Virus record (IMG/VR): IMGVR_UViG_2529292882_000014
Location: 1 to 42,566 of that record
Source of the DNA: a virus
Taxonomy: Duplodnaviria; Heunggongvirae; Uroviricota; Caudoviricetes
Direction: 5' to 3' (one strand)
DNA: 42,566 bases
Positions within the stretch are counted from its first letter, which is position 1. Each line of letters opens with the position of its first letter. Below, one piece after another: positions 30,651-38,607 of this stretch. The notes under the pieces were generated by a model. That model was not told the origin of the DNA and did not search any database. It saw nothing but the letters and a program-made list of their open reading frames with translations. A program made the position numbers and the translations under genes.

Positions 30651-31597
30651 GCAATCCCCCTGTCTGCAAACTTTCCTTCCCGCACTCCCGTTAACGAGTC
30701 TTCCCTCAGCAGGTAATCAAAATCGGCCGTCCAGCCCGTGTCGTTGTCTCCGAAGTAAAACGGCTTGGCCTGATGTACAAACGCCCTGACATACGCTCTG
30801 AAACCGTCCACGTTTGGCGTTTTCAGTTGCGGGATGATTTTCTTCAGGCGGCGTTTGCGTTTCTCGTTGACAGCAACAGCGTGTGGCAGTCTGTCACCGA
30901 CTTCGGTGTTGTAGGCGTTCAGGAAGGATTCGTAGTCGATTCGTTCTGCCTTGCGACGTTCAGGTTTAACCTGCCCATCGCCTCCCCCATTGGGGGGTAG
31001 GGGGGTATTATTTATATTCTTGTTAATACCTTCTTGTTCATGATGTGCGGTTGTTTGTGCGGCTTCATGTGCGCTTTCATGTGCGGCATGTACGCTGAAT
31101 GCCGCGCCATTACTGGCTTCATCATGTGCGGCATCATGTGCGGTTGTTTGTGCGGCTCCATGTGCGGGTGAATTGTCCATTTTTTGAGCATATTCATGGT
31201 AATTTGTGATGGTTATCACACGACCTTTTTGCTTCTCCCCATCAATGGAGATCATCCCCTCTTTCACAAAAACCTGAAGCATCCGCTCAACCTGATCACG
31301 GCTTGCCGGCTTGCCATGCCTGTCGCATAACTGAATACCTAAATCAGCTGCTGTCACAACCAGTTGACCGGGTTGCAGATGCCATTCATGACCTTTGAAA
31401 TTCGCTTTGTATGGCTTTCTGGCGGCATTCAGGAGAAGGTTTTCCCACAGGGTGCGAAGATAAACATCTTTCGCCCATGACTGTTTCAGAATGCTCCGGT
31501 ACAACGGAATGTAACCAGTTTTCTGGTTCTCCATCCTGTTGCTCCTGCGCTCGTGTGCGGCGCTGAAATCGTAGATTTTTGCTGTATTGCTCATCAC
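30647..31597 (-). CDS. Replication initiator (lambda O-like) carrying the origin iterons
   Basis: 316 aa; N-terminus [11 protein letters not shown] resembles lambda O; His/Ala-rich central linker coincides with the DNA repeats; upstream of helicase. Confidence 0.8.
   Translation of the reverse strand: MMSNTAKIYDFSAAHERRSNRMENQKTGYIPLYRSILKQSWAKDVYLRTLWENLLLNAARKPYKANFKGHEWHLQPGQLVVTAADLGIQLCDRHGKPASRDQVERMLQVFVKEGMISIDGEKQKGRVITITNYHEYAQKMDNSPAHGAAQTTAHDAAHDEASNGAAFSVHAAHESAHEAAQTTAHHEQEGINKNINNTPLPPNGGGDGQVKPERRKAERIDYESFLNAYNTEVGDRLPHAVAVNEKRKRRLKKIIPQLKTPNVDGFRAYVRAFVHQAKPFYFGDNDTGWTADFDYLLREDSLTGVREGKFADRGIA
31041..31170. repeat. Iteron array (probable replication origin) within the initiator gene, with flanking AT-rich segment
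   Basis: About nine copies of CATGTGCGG-like repeats at roughly 11 to 13-bp spacing, next to an AT-rich stretch at about 31005..31040. Confidence 0.6.
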
Positions 31598-31869
31598 TAC
31601 CTGCCTTGACGAAAGACCTTAAGAACATCGTTAAACTGACTTACGGATATGTCTTCTTTGATCAGCTTTTCCAGAAATGCGTTTGGAATGAACGTATATC
31701 CCTCCTCTTTTGGTAGAGACGGGAGCAACGCCCTCGCCTCAGCCTTCAGAAGCTCAGTTCTGGCAACTTTCACAAAAGAGATTTGAGTTCTTTCATCAAT
31801 GGAACGAAGGAAGCGCAAACGCTTAGCTTCTTTGTGTGTATCAGGTGGATTAAAGCCTTTGTTTCGCAT
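31597..31869 (-). CDS. Hypothetical protein between c1 and the initiator gene
   Basis: About 90 aa from the internal Met (MRNKGFNPPD...); the longer ORF-track version overlaps c1. Confidence 0.4.
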   Translation of the reverse strand: MRNKGFNPPDTHKEAKRLRFLRSIDERTQISFVKVARTELLKAEARALLPSLPKEEGYTFIPNAFLEKLIKEDISVSQFNDVLKVFRQGR

Positions 31870-31891
31870 ATAATTACCTCGTTGGATGTTG

Positions 31892-32185
31892 TTAAAATTC
31901 CATTTGTATTTGTTCAGAACGCTCGGTTGCCGCCGGGCGTTTTTTATTGGTGAGAATCGAAGCAACTTGTCGTGCCAATCGAGCCATGTCGTCGTCGACA
32001 ACACCCCATTCAAGAACAGCAAGCAGCATTGAGAACTTTGGAATCCAGTCCCTCTTCCACCTGCTGATCTGCGACTTATCTACGCCCACAGCTTCCGCTG
32101 TCTTCTCAGTTCCAAGCATTGCGATTTTGTTAAGCAACGCACTCTCGATTCTTAGAGCCTCGTTGCGTTTGTTTGCACGAACCAT
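31892..32185 (-). CDS. c1: C1 (lambda CII-like lysogeny establishment activator)
   Basis: About 97 aa from MVRANKRNEALRIESALLNKIAMLGTEKTAEAVGVDKSQISRWKRDWIPKF; matches P22 C1 as recalled. Confidence 0.85.
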   Translation of the reverse strand: MVRANKRNEALRIESALLNKIAMLGTEKTAEAVGVDKSQISRWKRDWIPKFSMLLAVLEWGVVDDDMARLARQVASILTNKKRPAATERSEQIQMEF

Positions 32186-32244
32186 ATGTAAGTATTTCCT
32201 TAACAAATAAGAAGTTATGCGCATCAACTTATGCGCGTTGTATT

Positions 32245-32287
32245 CCCGCATTTCGGCGGGAATGAGGACCATGACTGTTAAAGAGCA
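32245..32287 (-). promoter_or_regulatory. nutR (boxA plus boxB hairpin) downstream of cro
   Basis: Minus strand GCTCTTTAACA (boxA-like) followed by hairpin CCCGC-CGAAAT-GCGGG; same motifs repeated at nutL. Confidence 0.6.
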
Positions 32288-32293
32288 ATTTGC

Positions 32294-32479
32294 TTATGCC
32301 GCTTTGCGGTAAGCGCTTTCTTGATACTTCAGGGCGCCAGCTGTAACGACTTCCAGTCGATAGGCGTCTTTCTCTGGGATGACTTCCTTCCACTGAGAGA
32401 CTGCTGCGTCGCTAATGCCTAACGCTTTAGCTACAGCACGCTGGGTTCCGAAGTGGTCGATAACATCTTTCTTGTACAT
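32294..32479 (-). CDS. cro: Cro repressor (P22 type)
   Basis: 61 aa MYKKDVIDHFGTQRAVAKALGISDAAVSQWKEVIPEKDAYRLEVVTAGALKYQESAYRKAA. Confidence 0.9.
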   Translation of the reverse strand: MYKKDVIDHFGTQRAVAKALGISDAAVSQWKEVIPEKDAYRLEVVTAGALKYQESAYRKAA

Positions 32480-32559
32480 AGACTCGCTCCGAAATTAAAG
32501 AACACTTAAATTATCCACTAAAGGAATCTTAAGTCAAGTTTATTTAAGATGTCTTAACT
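32480..32559. promoter_or_regulatory. OR operator / PR-PRM region
   Basis: Several TTAAG/CTTAA-containing 18-bp partially symmetric sites (e.g. ATTAAAGAACACTTAAAT) between divergent cro and c2; c2 ATG lacks an SD, consistent with a leaderless PRM transcript. Confidence 0.5.
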
Positions 32560-33210
32560 ATGAAAACTCAATTGATGGGAGAGCGCATTCGCGCTCGGAG
32601 AAAAGAACTCAAGATCAGGCAGGCCGCACTTGGAAAGATGGTCGGCGTGTCTAATGTTGCCATATCTCAGTGGGAACGCTCTGAGACAGAGCCAAATGGA
32701 GAGAATCTTCTCGCCCTGGCTAATGCGTTGAAGTGTTCCCCTGACTATCTGATGAAAGGAGAGGAAAGTCTTTCAAACATTGCCTATCACAGTAGGCATG
32801 ATCCAAGAGGGTCATACCCTCTGATTAGCTGGGTGAGCGCAGGATGCTGGATGGAAGCTGTAGAACCATATCATAAGCGTGCAATAGATAACTGGTACGA
32901 TACAACCGTAGACTGTTCAGAAGATTCGTTTTGGTTGGACGTGAAGGGAGACTCAATGACGGCTCCGGCCGGTCTCAGTATCCCTGAAGGAATGATAATA
33001 CTCGTCGATCCTGAAGTAGAGCCGCGTAACGGGAAACTGGTAGTTGCAAAGCTCGAAGGAGAAAACGAGGCAACTTTCAAGAAGTTAGTTATTGATGCAG
33101 GCAGGAAGTTTCTAAAACCACTTAACCCACAATATCCGATGATCGAGATCAACGGAAACTGCAAAATCATCGGCGTAGTTGTCGATGCAAAACTAGCAAA
33201 CCTTCCATAA
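32560..33210 (+). CDS. c2: C2 repressor (lambda CI-like, LexA-type autocleaving)
   Basis: 216 aa; N-terminal HTH (QAALGKMVGVSNVAISQWERSE), C-terminal peptidase S24 domain (GDSM ... K). Confidence 0.9.
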   Translation: MKTQLMGERIRARRKELKIRQAALGKMVGVSNVAISQWERSETEPNGENLLALANALKCSPDYLMKGEESLSNIAYHSRHDPRGSYPLISWVSAGCWMEAVEPYHKRAIDNWYDTTVDCSEDSFWLDVKGDSMTAPAGLSIPEGMIILVDPEVEPRNGKLVVAKLEGENEATFKKLVIDAGRKFLKPLNPQYPMIEINGNCKIIGVVVDAKLANLP

Positions 33211-33239
33211 GGGGGCATTCGCCCCTTTTTTTTATTTCC

Positions 33240-33345
33240 TTTAAAAATCAAAGCCAAACTTAAGTTACGAAAGAAAATTTAAGTTTTCTTCAAAAATACT
33301 CTTGACCATTAATTAAAGAGATCTTAAATTTAAGCCATCAGCAGG
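33240..33345. promoter_or_regulatory. OL operator / PL promoter region
   Basis: Operator-like sites with TTAAG/CTTAA half-sites; TTGACC, 17 nt, TAAATT reading rightward toward N. Confidence 0.5.
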
Positions 33346-33376
33346 ACGCTGGAAGCCAAACGGAACAGATTGGCAG

Positions 33377-33416
33377 GCTCTTTAACATTGATGGGATTGT
33401 CCCGCCGAAATGCGGG
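33377..33416 (+). promoter_or_regulatory. nutL (boxA plus boxB hairpin)
   Basis: GCTCTTTAACA followed by CCCGCCGAAATGCGGG about 40 nt downstream of the predicted PL start; identical motifs to nutR. Confidence 0.6.
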
Positions 33417-33731
33417 AACCAAAGAGTAGTTGGCTTTGGGGTGACGTGAAGTGCAGCTGCACGACGGCAACCGGAAGATAAGCACCCGGCGCGTCACCGC
33501 CAAAGTCAATTCCATAGGCGTTATGCAGCCGCCACCATATTCAAGAAAGCTGCACAAGAGGTAGGAGGATTTATGTGAATACTTACATTCAGTTGAGAGA
33601 TTAATTAAATAGAACTGATCGAGCAGAGTCCATAAAGGCTCATAAATGCTCTTCCATCCCCGTCTAATTGGCGGGGATGGAAACCACTTTGTAATAAAAA
33701 AAATTCCAAAGTTGTTTCATCGGAGGTCAAC

Positions 33732-34031
33732 ATGGCAGTAGTCATTACATATCTGGCTGACGATAACGCCAGAAATCGCCGCAGAGCACGCAGACAGGCT
33801 CAACGTGAACAGGCAATGCAAGAGCAGCGACTGGCGCGAAAGATTGCGCTAAAGCTCTCTGGTTGCGTCAGAGCAGATAAAGCAGCATCACTCGGAAGCC
33901 TTCGCTGCAAGAAGGCAGAAGAAATCGAGCGTAAACAGAACCGTATTTACTACCGCAAGCCACGCAGTGAAATGGGTGTGACTTGTGTTGGTCGCCAGAA
34001 AATGAAATTAGGCAGCAAACCACTTATTTGA
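33732..34031 (+). CDS. N: Antitermination protein N (lambda-like)
   Basis: 99 aa; N-terminal Arg-rich motif (NARNRRRARRQAQREQ); C-terminus RKQNRIYYRKPRSEMGVTCVGRQKMKLGSKPLI parallels lambda N. Confidence 0.8.
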   Translation: MAVVITYLADDNARNRRRARRQAQREQAMQEQRLARKIALKLSGCVRADKAASLGSLRCKKAEEIERKQNRIYYRKPRSEMGVTCVGRQKMKLGSKPLI

Positions 34032-34039
34032 GGTGAGAT

Positions 34040-34510
34040 ATGACAAAATCATGGAGCGTACCTTTTCCTGAATCAGAAACTGAACATGATGGAATGCCTG
34101 TTTTCTGGAGATTCCAAGCGACAGTTGAAGAAGATGGGATAAAAATATTCGCACTTCAATATATAGCTTTTCATCAGACAGAGCATTATGCATGGTTGGT
34201 TCCTGCGCATTGGATTGTTAATTTTAAACCAGCACCAAATCAGTGGTTACAGGAATGGAAACAAAAGAGAAATAGATATGCAATTAAGAAAGTAGCAAAA
34301 AATGCAGAAAGATCTTTTGCATTCCCAACGAAGAAACTTGCCATTGAGAGTTTATTGCGCCGGAAGAAATACCATTTAATGAGAATCAAACAAGATTTGG
34401 CTGTTGTATCAACTCTTGTTGATGGGATGAAGAATATTGATACATCAACACCAGATATTGAATATAACTTTGGACACAACCAAGAAACAGAAAATTGGGT
34501 ATTCTACTAG
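34040..34510 (+). CDS. Hypothetical protein, AT-rich moron immediately downstream of N
   Basis: 156-aa ORF, visibly AT-rich compared with flanks, followed by its own terminator; no family recognised. Confidence 0.6.
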   Translation: MTKSWSVPFPESETEHDGMPVFWRFQATVEEDGIKIFALQYIAFHQTEHYAWLVPAHWIVNFKPAPNQWLQEWKQKRNRYAIKKVAKNAERSFAFPTKKLAIESLLRRKKYHLMRIKQDLAVVSTLVDGMKNIDTSTPDIEYNFGHNQETENWVFY

Positions 34511-34535
34511 GCCGCATAGTCGGCCTTTATTTTTG
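34509..34535 (+). terminator. Rho-independent terminator after the N-proximal moron
   Basis: AGGCCG-CATAGT-CGGCCT hairpin followed by TTTATTTTT. Confidence 0.55.
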
Positions 34536-34653
34536 GCATAAACAACAGAATAAACACTGCACTGTGTATTCATTCCAACGAGTGAATACACGGAGCAATG
34601 TCGCTCGTAACTAAACAGGAGCCGACTTGTTCTGATTATTGGAAATCTTCTTT

Positions 34654-34680
34654 GCCCTCCAGTGTGAGGGCGATTTTTTA
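34654..34680 (+). terminator. Rho-independent terminator-like hairpin directly upstream of the next gene
   Basis: GCCCTC-CAGTGTG-AGGGCG followed by ATTTTTTA, ending about 20 nt before the ATG at 34700. Confidence 0.45.
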
Positions 34681-34699
34681 TCTGTGAGGATATGAACAG

Positions 34700-35068
34700 A
34701 TGTCAAACATCAAAAAATACATCATTGATTACGACTGGAAAGCATCAATAGAAATTGAAATCGACCATGACGTAATGACAGAGGAAAAACTTCACCAGAT
34801 TAATAATTTCTGGTCAGACTCTGAATACCGACTCAATAAACACGGCTCTGTATTAAATGCTGTATTAATCATGCTGGCGCAACATGCTCTGCTTATAGCA
34901 ATTTCAAGCGACTTAAATGCATATGGTGTTGTGTGTGAGTTCGACTGGAATGATGGAAATGGTCAGGAAGGATGGCCTCCAATGGATGGTAGCGAAGGAA
35001 TAAGAATTACCGATATCGACACATCAGGAATATTTGATTCAGATGATATGACTATCAAAGTCGCCTGA
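34700..35068 (+). CDS. Hypothetical acidic protein
   Basis: 122-aa ORF with GAGGA SD; Asp/Glu-rich; no family recognised. Confidence 0.55.
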   Translation: MSNIKKYIIDYDWKASIEIEIDHDVMTEEKLHQINNFWSDSEYRLNKHGSVLNAVLIMLAQHALLIAISSDLNAYGVVCEFDWNDGNGQEGWPPMDGSEGIRITDIDTSGIFDSDDMTIKVA

Positions 35069-35102
35069 GAGCGTTTTTAAAGAATACAACGAAGGAGGAT
35101 AT

Positions 35103-36071
35103 ATGAGTGAAGTAACAGATTTAGTTGTTATTGAAAAAGCAAATGCAATGACTGTATTTCAGTCTGCCGACCAGATTGAAGAAATCCTTCAAAAGGTTGA
35201 ACGTGAAGTTATGTCCTTTGTGCCTGATATCACAACGGCAAAGGGCAGAAAGGAGATCGCTTCTCTGGCGTATAAAGTTGCGCAGACGAAAACATATCTC
35301 GATGGTCTTGGCAAAGACCTTGTTGCTGAACTGAAGGAAATTCCAAAGCTAATTGATGCTAACCGCAAGACAGTGCGTGATCGCCTTGATGAGCTGAAAG
35401 CCAAGGCGCGCCAGCCTCTTACTGATTATGAGGAAGAACAGGCGCGGATTAAAGCCGAAGAAGAAGCTAAGGCAGCAGCTGAAGCTCTCGCAAAGCAAAT
35501 TGAGTCTGACCATGAAATAGCTATTTTGATGGATCGCGAATTTGACCGCCAAAGAGAAGAGGCAAGACTCAAAGCGGAGCAGGAAAAGCGAGAGCATGAA
35601 GAACGATTAAAAAGAGAAGCTGAAGAGAAAGCCAGAGCAGAAGCCGAAGCAAAGGCAAAAGCCGAAATTGAAGCAGCAGCAAGGCGAGAAGCAGAAGCTA
35701 AGGCCGCAGCGGAACGTGCAGAGCGTGAACGCATTGAAGCCGAGCAACGAGCACAGCGCGAAGCAAAAGAGGCAGCAGAACGAGCTGAAAGAGAAAAGCA
35801 GGCAGCAATTGAAGCAGAACGCAGAAAAGCACAGGAGGAGGCTGAACGAATCCGGCGCGAGGCTGAAGCAAAAGAGCAAGCCAGAATAGCAGAAGAAAAA
35901 AGAATCAAGGACGAAGAAGAGCGTAGAGCAAAGGATAAAGCTCACCGGAAAGAAGTAAATAACAAAATACTTGCTGACCTTATCAAGGTTGGCGCATCAG
36001 AAGATGTTGCTAAAAATATCATAACAGCCATCGTAAAAGGCGAAGTATTCGCAACAAAAATAACCTACTAA
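35103..36071 (+). CDS. Coiled-coil protein with highly repetitive Glu/Ala/Lys/Arg-rich central region
   Basis: 322 aa; GGAGGA SD; about 170 aa of EAKA/RAER-type repeats; the repetitive DNA generates spurious antisense ORFs. Confidence 0.65.
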   Translation: MSEVTDLVVIEKANAMTVFQSADQIEEILQKVEREVMSFVPDITTAKGRKEIASLAYKVAQTKTYLDGLGKDLVAELKEIPKLIDANRKTVRDRLDELKAKARQPLTDYEEEQARIKAEEEAKAAAEALAKQIESDHEIAILMDREFDRQREEARLKAEQEKREHEERLKREAEEKARAEAEAKAKAEIEAAARREAEAKAAAERAERERIEAEQRAQREAKEAAERAEREKQAAIEAERRKAQEEAERIRREAEAKEQARIAEEKRIKDEEERRAKDKAHRKEVNNKILADLIKVGASEDVAKNIITAIVKGEVFATKITY

Positions 36072-36094
36072 TAAACCAACATAAGGAACCACCC

Positions 36095-36226
36095 ATGATT
36101 TACGCAATCGCGGGAGGCGCTCGCATGGGTGCCTTCCAACTAAATGAATCTTTACTTGAACGAATCACCCGTAAATTACGTGACGGATGGAAAAGAGTTG
36201 AGGTCTTATTATGCGCAATGAAATAG
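36095..36226 (+). CDS. Small hypothetical ORF (43 aa)
   Basis: Manual translation; first of three tightly packed small ORFs downstream of the coiled-coil gene. Confidence 0.3.
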   Translation: MIYAIAGGARMGAFQLNESLLERITRKLRDGWKRVEVLLCAMK

Positions 36227-36363
36227 CCATCAATCACCAGATGCTTCGTGCAGCACAAAACAAAGCAGTAATAGCCAGATTTATTGGTGATTCAAAAATG
36301 TGGCTTGAAGCAAATAAAGCGATGAAATCAGCTATCAACCTTCCGTGGTATCGCAGGAAATGA
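36211..36363 (+). CDS. Small hypothetical ORF (50 aa)
   Basis: Manual translation MRNEIAINHQMLRAAQNKAVIARFIGDSKMWLEANKAMKSAINLPWYRRK; overlaps neighbours. Confidence 0.3.
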   Translation: MRNEIAINHQMLRAAQNKAVIARFIGDSKMWLEANKAMKSAINLPWYRRK

Positions 36364-36518
36364 GTTTTACAGATAACTGTTCAGACGAAGAATTCATTCG
36401 TCAGATGAAAGAATTAATCGGTAACGAAGGAGATATTCATGTCACTTGCAACCACAGTGAAGGAGAGCAAGTTACAGAGACGCATGTACACGCAGAAAGC
36501 TCTCTGGTATCGCCATAA
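36360..36518 (+). CDS. Small hypothetical ORF (52 aa)
   Basis: Manual translation MSFTDNCSDEEFIRQMKELIGNEGDIHVTCNHSEGEQ...; ATGA overlap with the previous ORF. Confidence 0.3.
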   Translation: MSFTDNCSDEEFIRQMKELIGNEGDIHVTCNHSEGEQVTETHVHAESSLVSP

Positions 36519-36617
36519 TGGCGACCGCGAAGGAATGCGGGTATGCCTTAATTTGTCCAGAGTCGAAGTATTAAACCAGCGTTATTTCCTTGGGCCATGT
36601 CCATTCTGAGGTGAATT

Positions 36618-37325
36618 ATGGATTTGAATAAATTCGATGAGCCATTCAGCCCTGAAGATATCGAATGGCGAATACAGCAAAGCGGTGAAACACGCGATGG
36701 CAAAGTGTGGGCTATGGTGCTGGCTTATGTCACGAACCGGGCAATCATGAAACGCCTTGACGATGTTTGTGGCAAAGCAGGATGGCGCAATGAATACCGC
36801 GATATTCCCAACAACGGCGGCGTTGAATGCGGCATATCAATAAAGATTGATTCCGAATGGGTAACCAAATGGGATGCTGCTGAAAACACGCAGGTAGAAG
36901 CCGTCAAAGGTGGTCGTTCCGGTGCAATGAAGCGCGCTGCCGTTCAGTGGGGAATCGGTCGGTATCTGTATAACCTTGAGGAAGGTTTCGCACAAACATC
37001 TCTCGATAAAAAGCAGGGGTGGCACAGGGCAAAACTGAAGGATGGAACAGGATTTTACTGGCTCCCTCCATCGCTGCCGGGATGGGCAATCCCAGCATCA
37101 GATAACAAACCATCACCAGAAAATACCAACCAGAAATCTCCATCGGTTGACTGCGAACAAATCCTGAAAGACTTCAGCGATTATGCGTCAACAGAAACTG
37201 ACAAGAAAAAACTCATCGAGCGTTATCAGCGTGACTGGCAATTAATGGCTGGCAACGAGGAGGCGCAGGCTAAATGCGTTCAGGTAATGAACATCAGAGT
37301 TAACGAACTAAAACAGGCGGCATAA
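36618..37325 (+). CDS. Single-strand annealing protein, Rad52/Rad22-like
   Basis: 235 aa; motif GGRSGAMKRAAVQWGIGRYLYNL characteristic of Rad52-type annealing proteins; immediately followed by SSB. Confidence 0.7.
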   Translation: MDLNKFDEPFSPEDIEWRIQQSGETRDGKVWAMVLAYVTNRAIMKRLDDVCGKAGWRNEYRDIPNNGGVECGISIKIDSEWVTKWDAAENTQVEAVKGGRSGAMKRAAVQWGIGRYLYNLEEGFAQTSLDKKQGWHRAKLKDGTGFYWLPPSLPGWAIPASDNKPSPENTNQKSPSVDCEQILKDFSDYASTETDKKKLIERYQRDWQLMAGNEEAQAKCVQVMNIRVNELKQAA

Positions 37326-37832
37326 ATGGGAAGTAGAGGCGTAAATAAGGTGATTATCCTTGGTCGGGTAGGACAAGACCCGGAAGTTCGATACTCACCA
37401 TCAGGAACAGCGTTCGCTAACCTGACAATAGCAACTTCAGAACAATGGCGAGATAAAAATACTGGCGAGCAAAAGGAATTGACTGAATGGCATCGTGTTG
37501 CTGTATCCGGGAAACTGGCTGAGGTCGTGGGGCAGTATGTGAAAAAAGGTGATCAGATTTATTTCGAGGGAATGCTGAGAACCAGAAAGTGGAAAGACCA
37601 GTCAGGGCAAGACCGTTACACAACCGAGGTTCATGTCGGAATTAATGGCGTGATGCAAATGCTTGGCGGCATTGGCGACAGCAAACAACAAGCAGCCAGC
37701 AGGCAATCACAGAAGCCACAGCAGCAATCATCACCAGCACAACACAACGAACCTCCGATGGATTTTGACGACGATATACCCTTTGCACCAGTAACTCTCC
37801 CCTTCCCTCGTCACGCTATTCACGCAATTTAA
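37326..37832 (+). CDS. ssb: Single-stranded DNA-binding protein (SSB) with unusual C-terminal extension
   Basis: 168 aa; OB-fold N-terminus ([36 protein letters not shown]), Gln/Pro-rich tail, acidic tip MDFDDDIPF followed by 15 extra residues before the stop. Confidence 0.85.
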   Translation: MGSRGVNKVIILGRVGQDPEVRYSPSGTAFANLTIATSEQWRDKNTGEQKELTEWHRVAVSGKLAEVVGQYVKKGDQIYFEGMLRTRKWKDQSGQDRYTTEVHVGINGVMQMLGGIGDSKQQAASRQSQKPQQQSSPAQHNEPPMDFDDDIPFAPVTLPFPRHAIHAI

Positions 37833-37845
37833 TCAGGAGAAAATC

Positions 37846-38142
37846 ATGCCAGCGCCTCTGTATGGTGCGGATGACCCGCGCCGCTGTTCCGGCAATTCCG
37901 TATCGGAGGTGCTGGATAAATTCAGAAAAAACTACGACCTGATAATGTCTCTACCGCAGGAAACGAAAGAGGAAAAGGAATTTCGCCACTGTATATGGCT
38001 TGCAGAGAAAGAAGAACGCGAGCGAATTTACCAGACATCAATCCGACCATTCCGCAAAGCCACATATACCCACTTCCCTGAATATATCGACCCGCGCCTG
38101 CGTAATTACCGCTCACGCTATGGCGCTATCAGTAATGACTGA
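37846..38142 (+). CDS. Hypothetical protein
   Basis: 98-aa ORF in the PL operon. Confidence 0.5.
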   Translation: MPAPLYGADDPRRCSGNSVSEVLDKFRKNYDLIMSLPQETKEEKEFRHCIWLAEKEERERIYQTSIRPFRKATYTHFPEYIDPRLRNYRSRYGAISND

Positions 38143-38152
38143 GGAATTAACA

Positions 38153-38443
38153 ATGAAAACAATGAAGCTAAACATCGACCTCGGAAAATACGTTATTACC
38201 GTAACCAAACACGATCTGATTCTTAGCGAAAGAGGAATTATCAAAGAAGGCGAGAATGCAGGGAAAGAAACACTAAGCCGTATCGGTTATTACAGCAAGT
38301 TTGAGCATCTGGTTAAAGAGTTATGCAACCGTGAAATTCTGTTATCTCAGGCGCGGACGCTACAGGATATTCAGCAGCATATCGAAGCTTTAGGTATGTC
38401 ACTTAGCATGGCTATTGACCAGTTCGTGGAGAGTAAATCATGA
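38153..38443 (+). CDS. Hypothetical protein
   Basis: 96 aa from [14 protein letters not shown] with GAGGAA SD; the longer ORF-track version overlaps the previous gene. Confidence 0.5.
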   Translation: MKTMKLNIDLGKYVITVTKHDLILSERGIIKEGENAGKETLSRIGYYSKFEHLVKELCNREILLSQARTLQDIQQHIEALGMSLSMAIDQFVESKS

Positions 38444-38607
38444 GAGGACTTGCATACAATCCCGGCATTCTTCCGGCAGAAATGATTATTCGCCAACGCG
38501 TAAAGCCAATGCCATCGAGAGAGGAATTACTTAAGAGAAATTCTTTTCCATCAGTGAATGAAAACAAATATCTGAATGCGATGTGGCGCAAAGGAGGCAG
38601 CCAGTGA
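38440..38607 (+). CDS. Small hypothetical protein (55 aa)
   Basis: Manual translation; ATGA overlap with the upstream stop and GTGA overlap with the downstream start. Confidence 0.35.
   Translation: MRGLAYNPGILPAEMIIRQRVKPMPSREELLKRNSFPSVNENKYLNAMWRKGGSQ

Noticed and set aside
31041-31170. Short direct repeats that could be mistaken for a CRISPR array
   Set aside because: The repeats are about 9 to 12 bp with no spacers of CRISPR length, and they sit inside a replication initiator gene; they are origin iterons.
31012-31197. 61-aa His/Met/Pro-rich ORF on the minus strand
   Set aside because: It lies entirely within the initiator gene in another frame and is produced by the origin iteron repeats; it is a translation artefact of repetitive DNA.
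33330-33557. 75-aa minus-strand ORF between c2 and N
   Set aside because: It is antisense to the PL leader, overlaps nutL, and is Cys/Arg-rich with no ribosome-binding site; most likely non-coding.
33654-33680. Initial reading of this hairpin as the nutL boxB
   Set aside because: A better candidate at 33377..33416 has a boxA-like motif and a hairpin identical to the one downstream of cro; the 33654 hairpin is kept only as a possible processing structure.
35189-35945. Several antisense and out-of-frame ORFs (Ser/Ala/Cys/Phe-rich) overlapping the coiled-coil gene
   Set aside because: They are low-complexity products of the repetitive GAA/GCA/AAG-rich coding sequence; the plus-strand coiled-coil ORF with a strong SD is the coherent reading.
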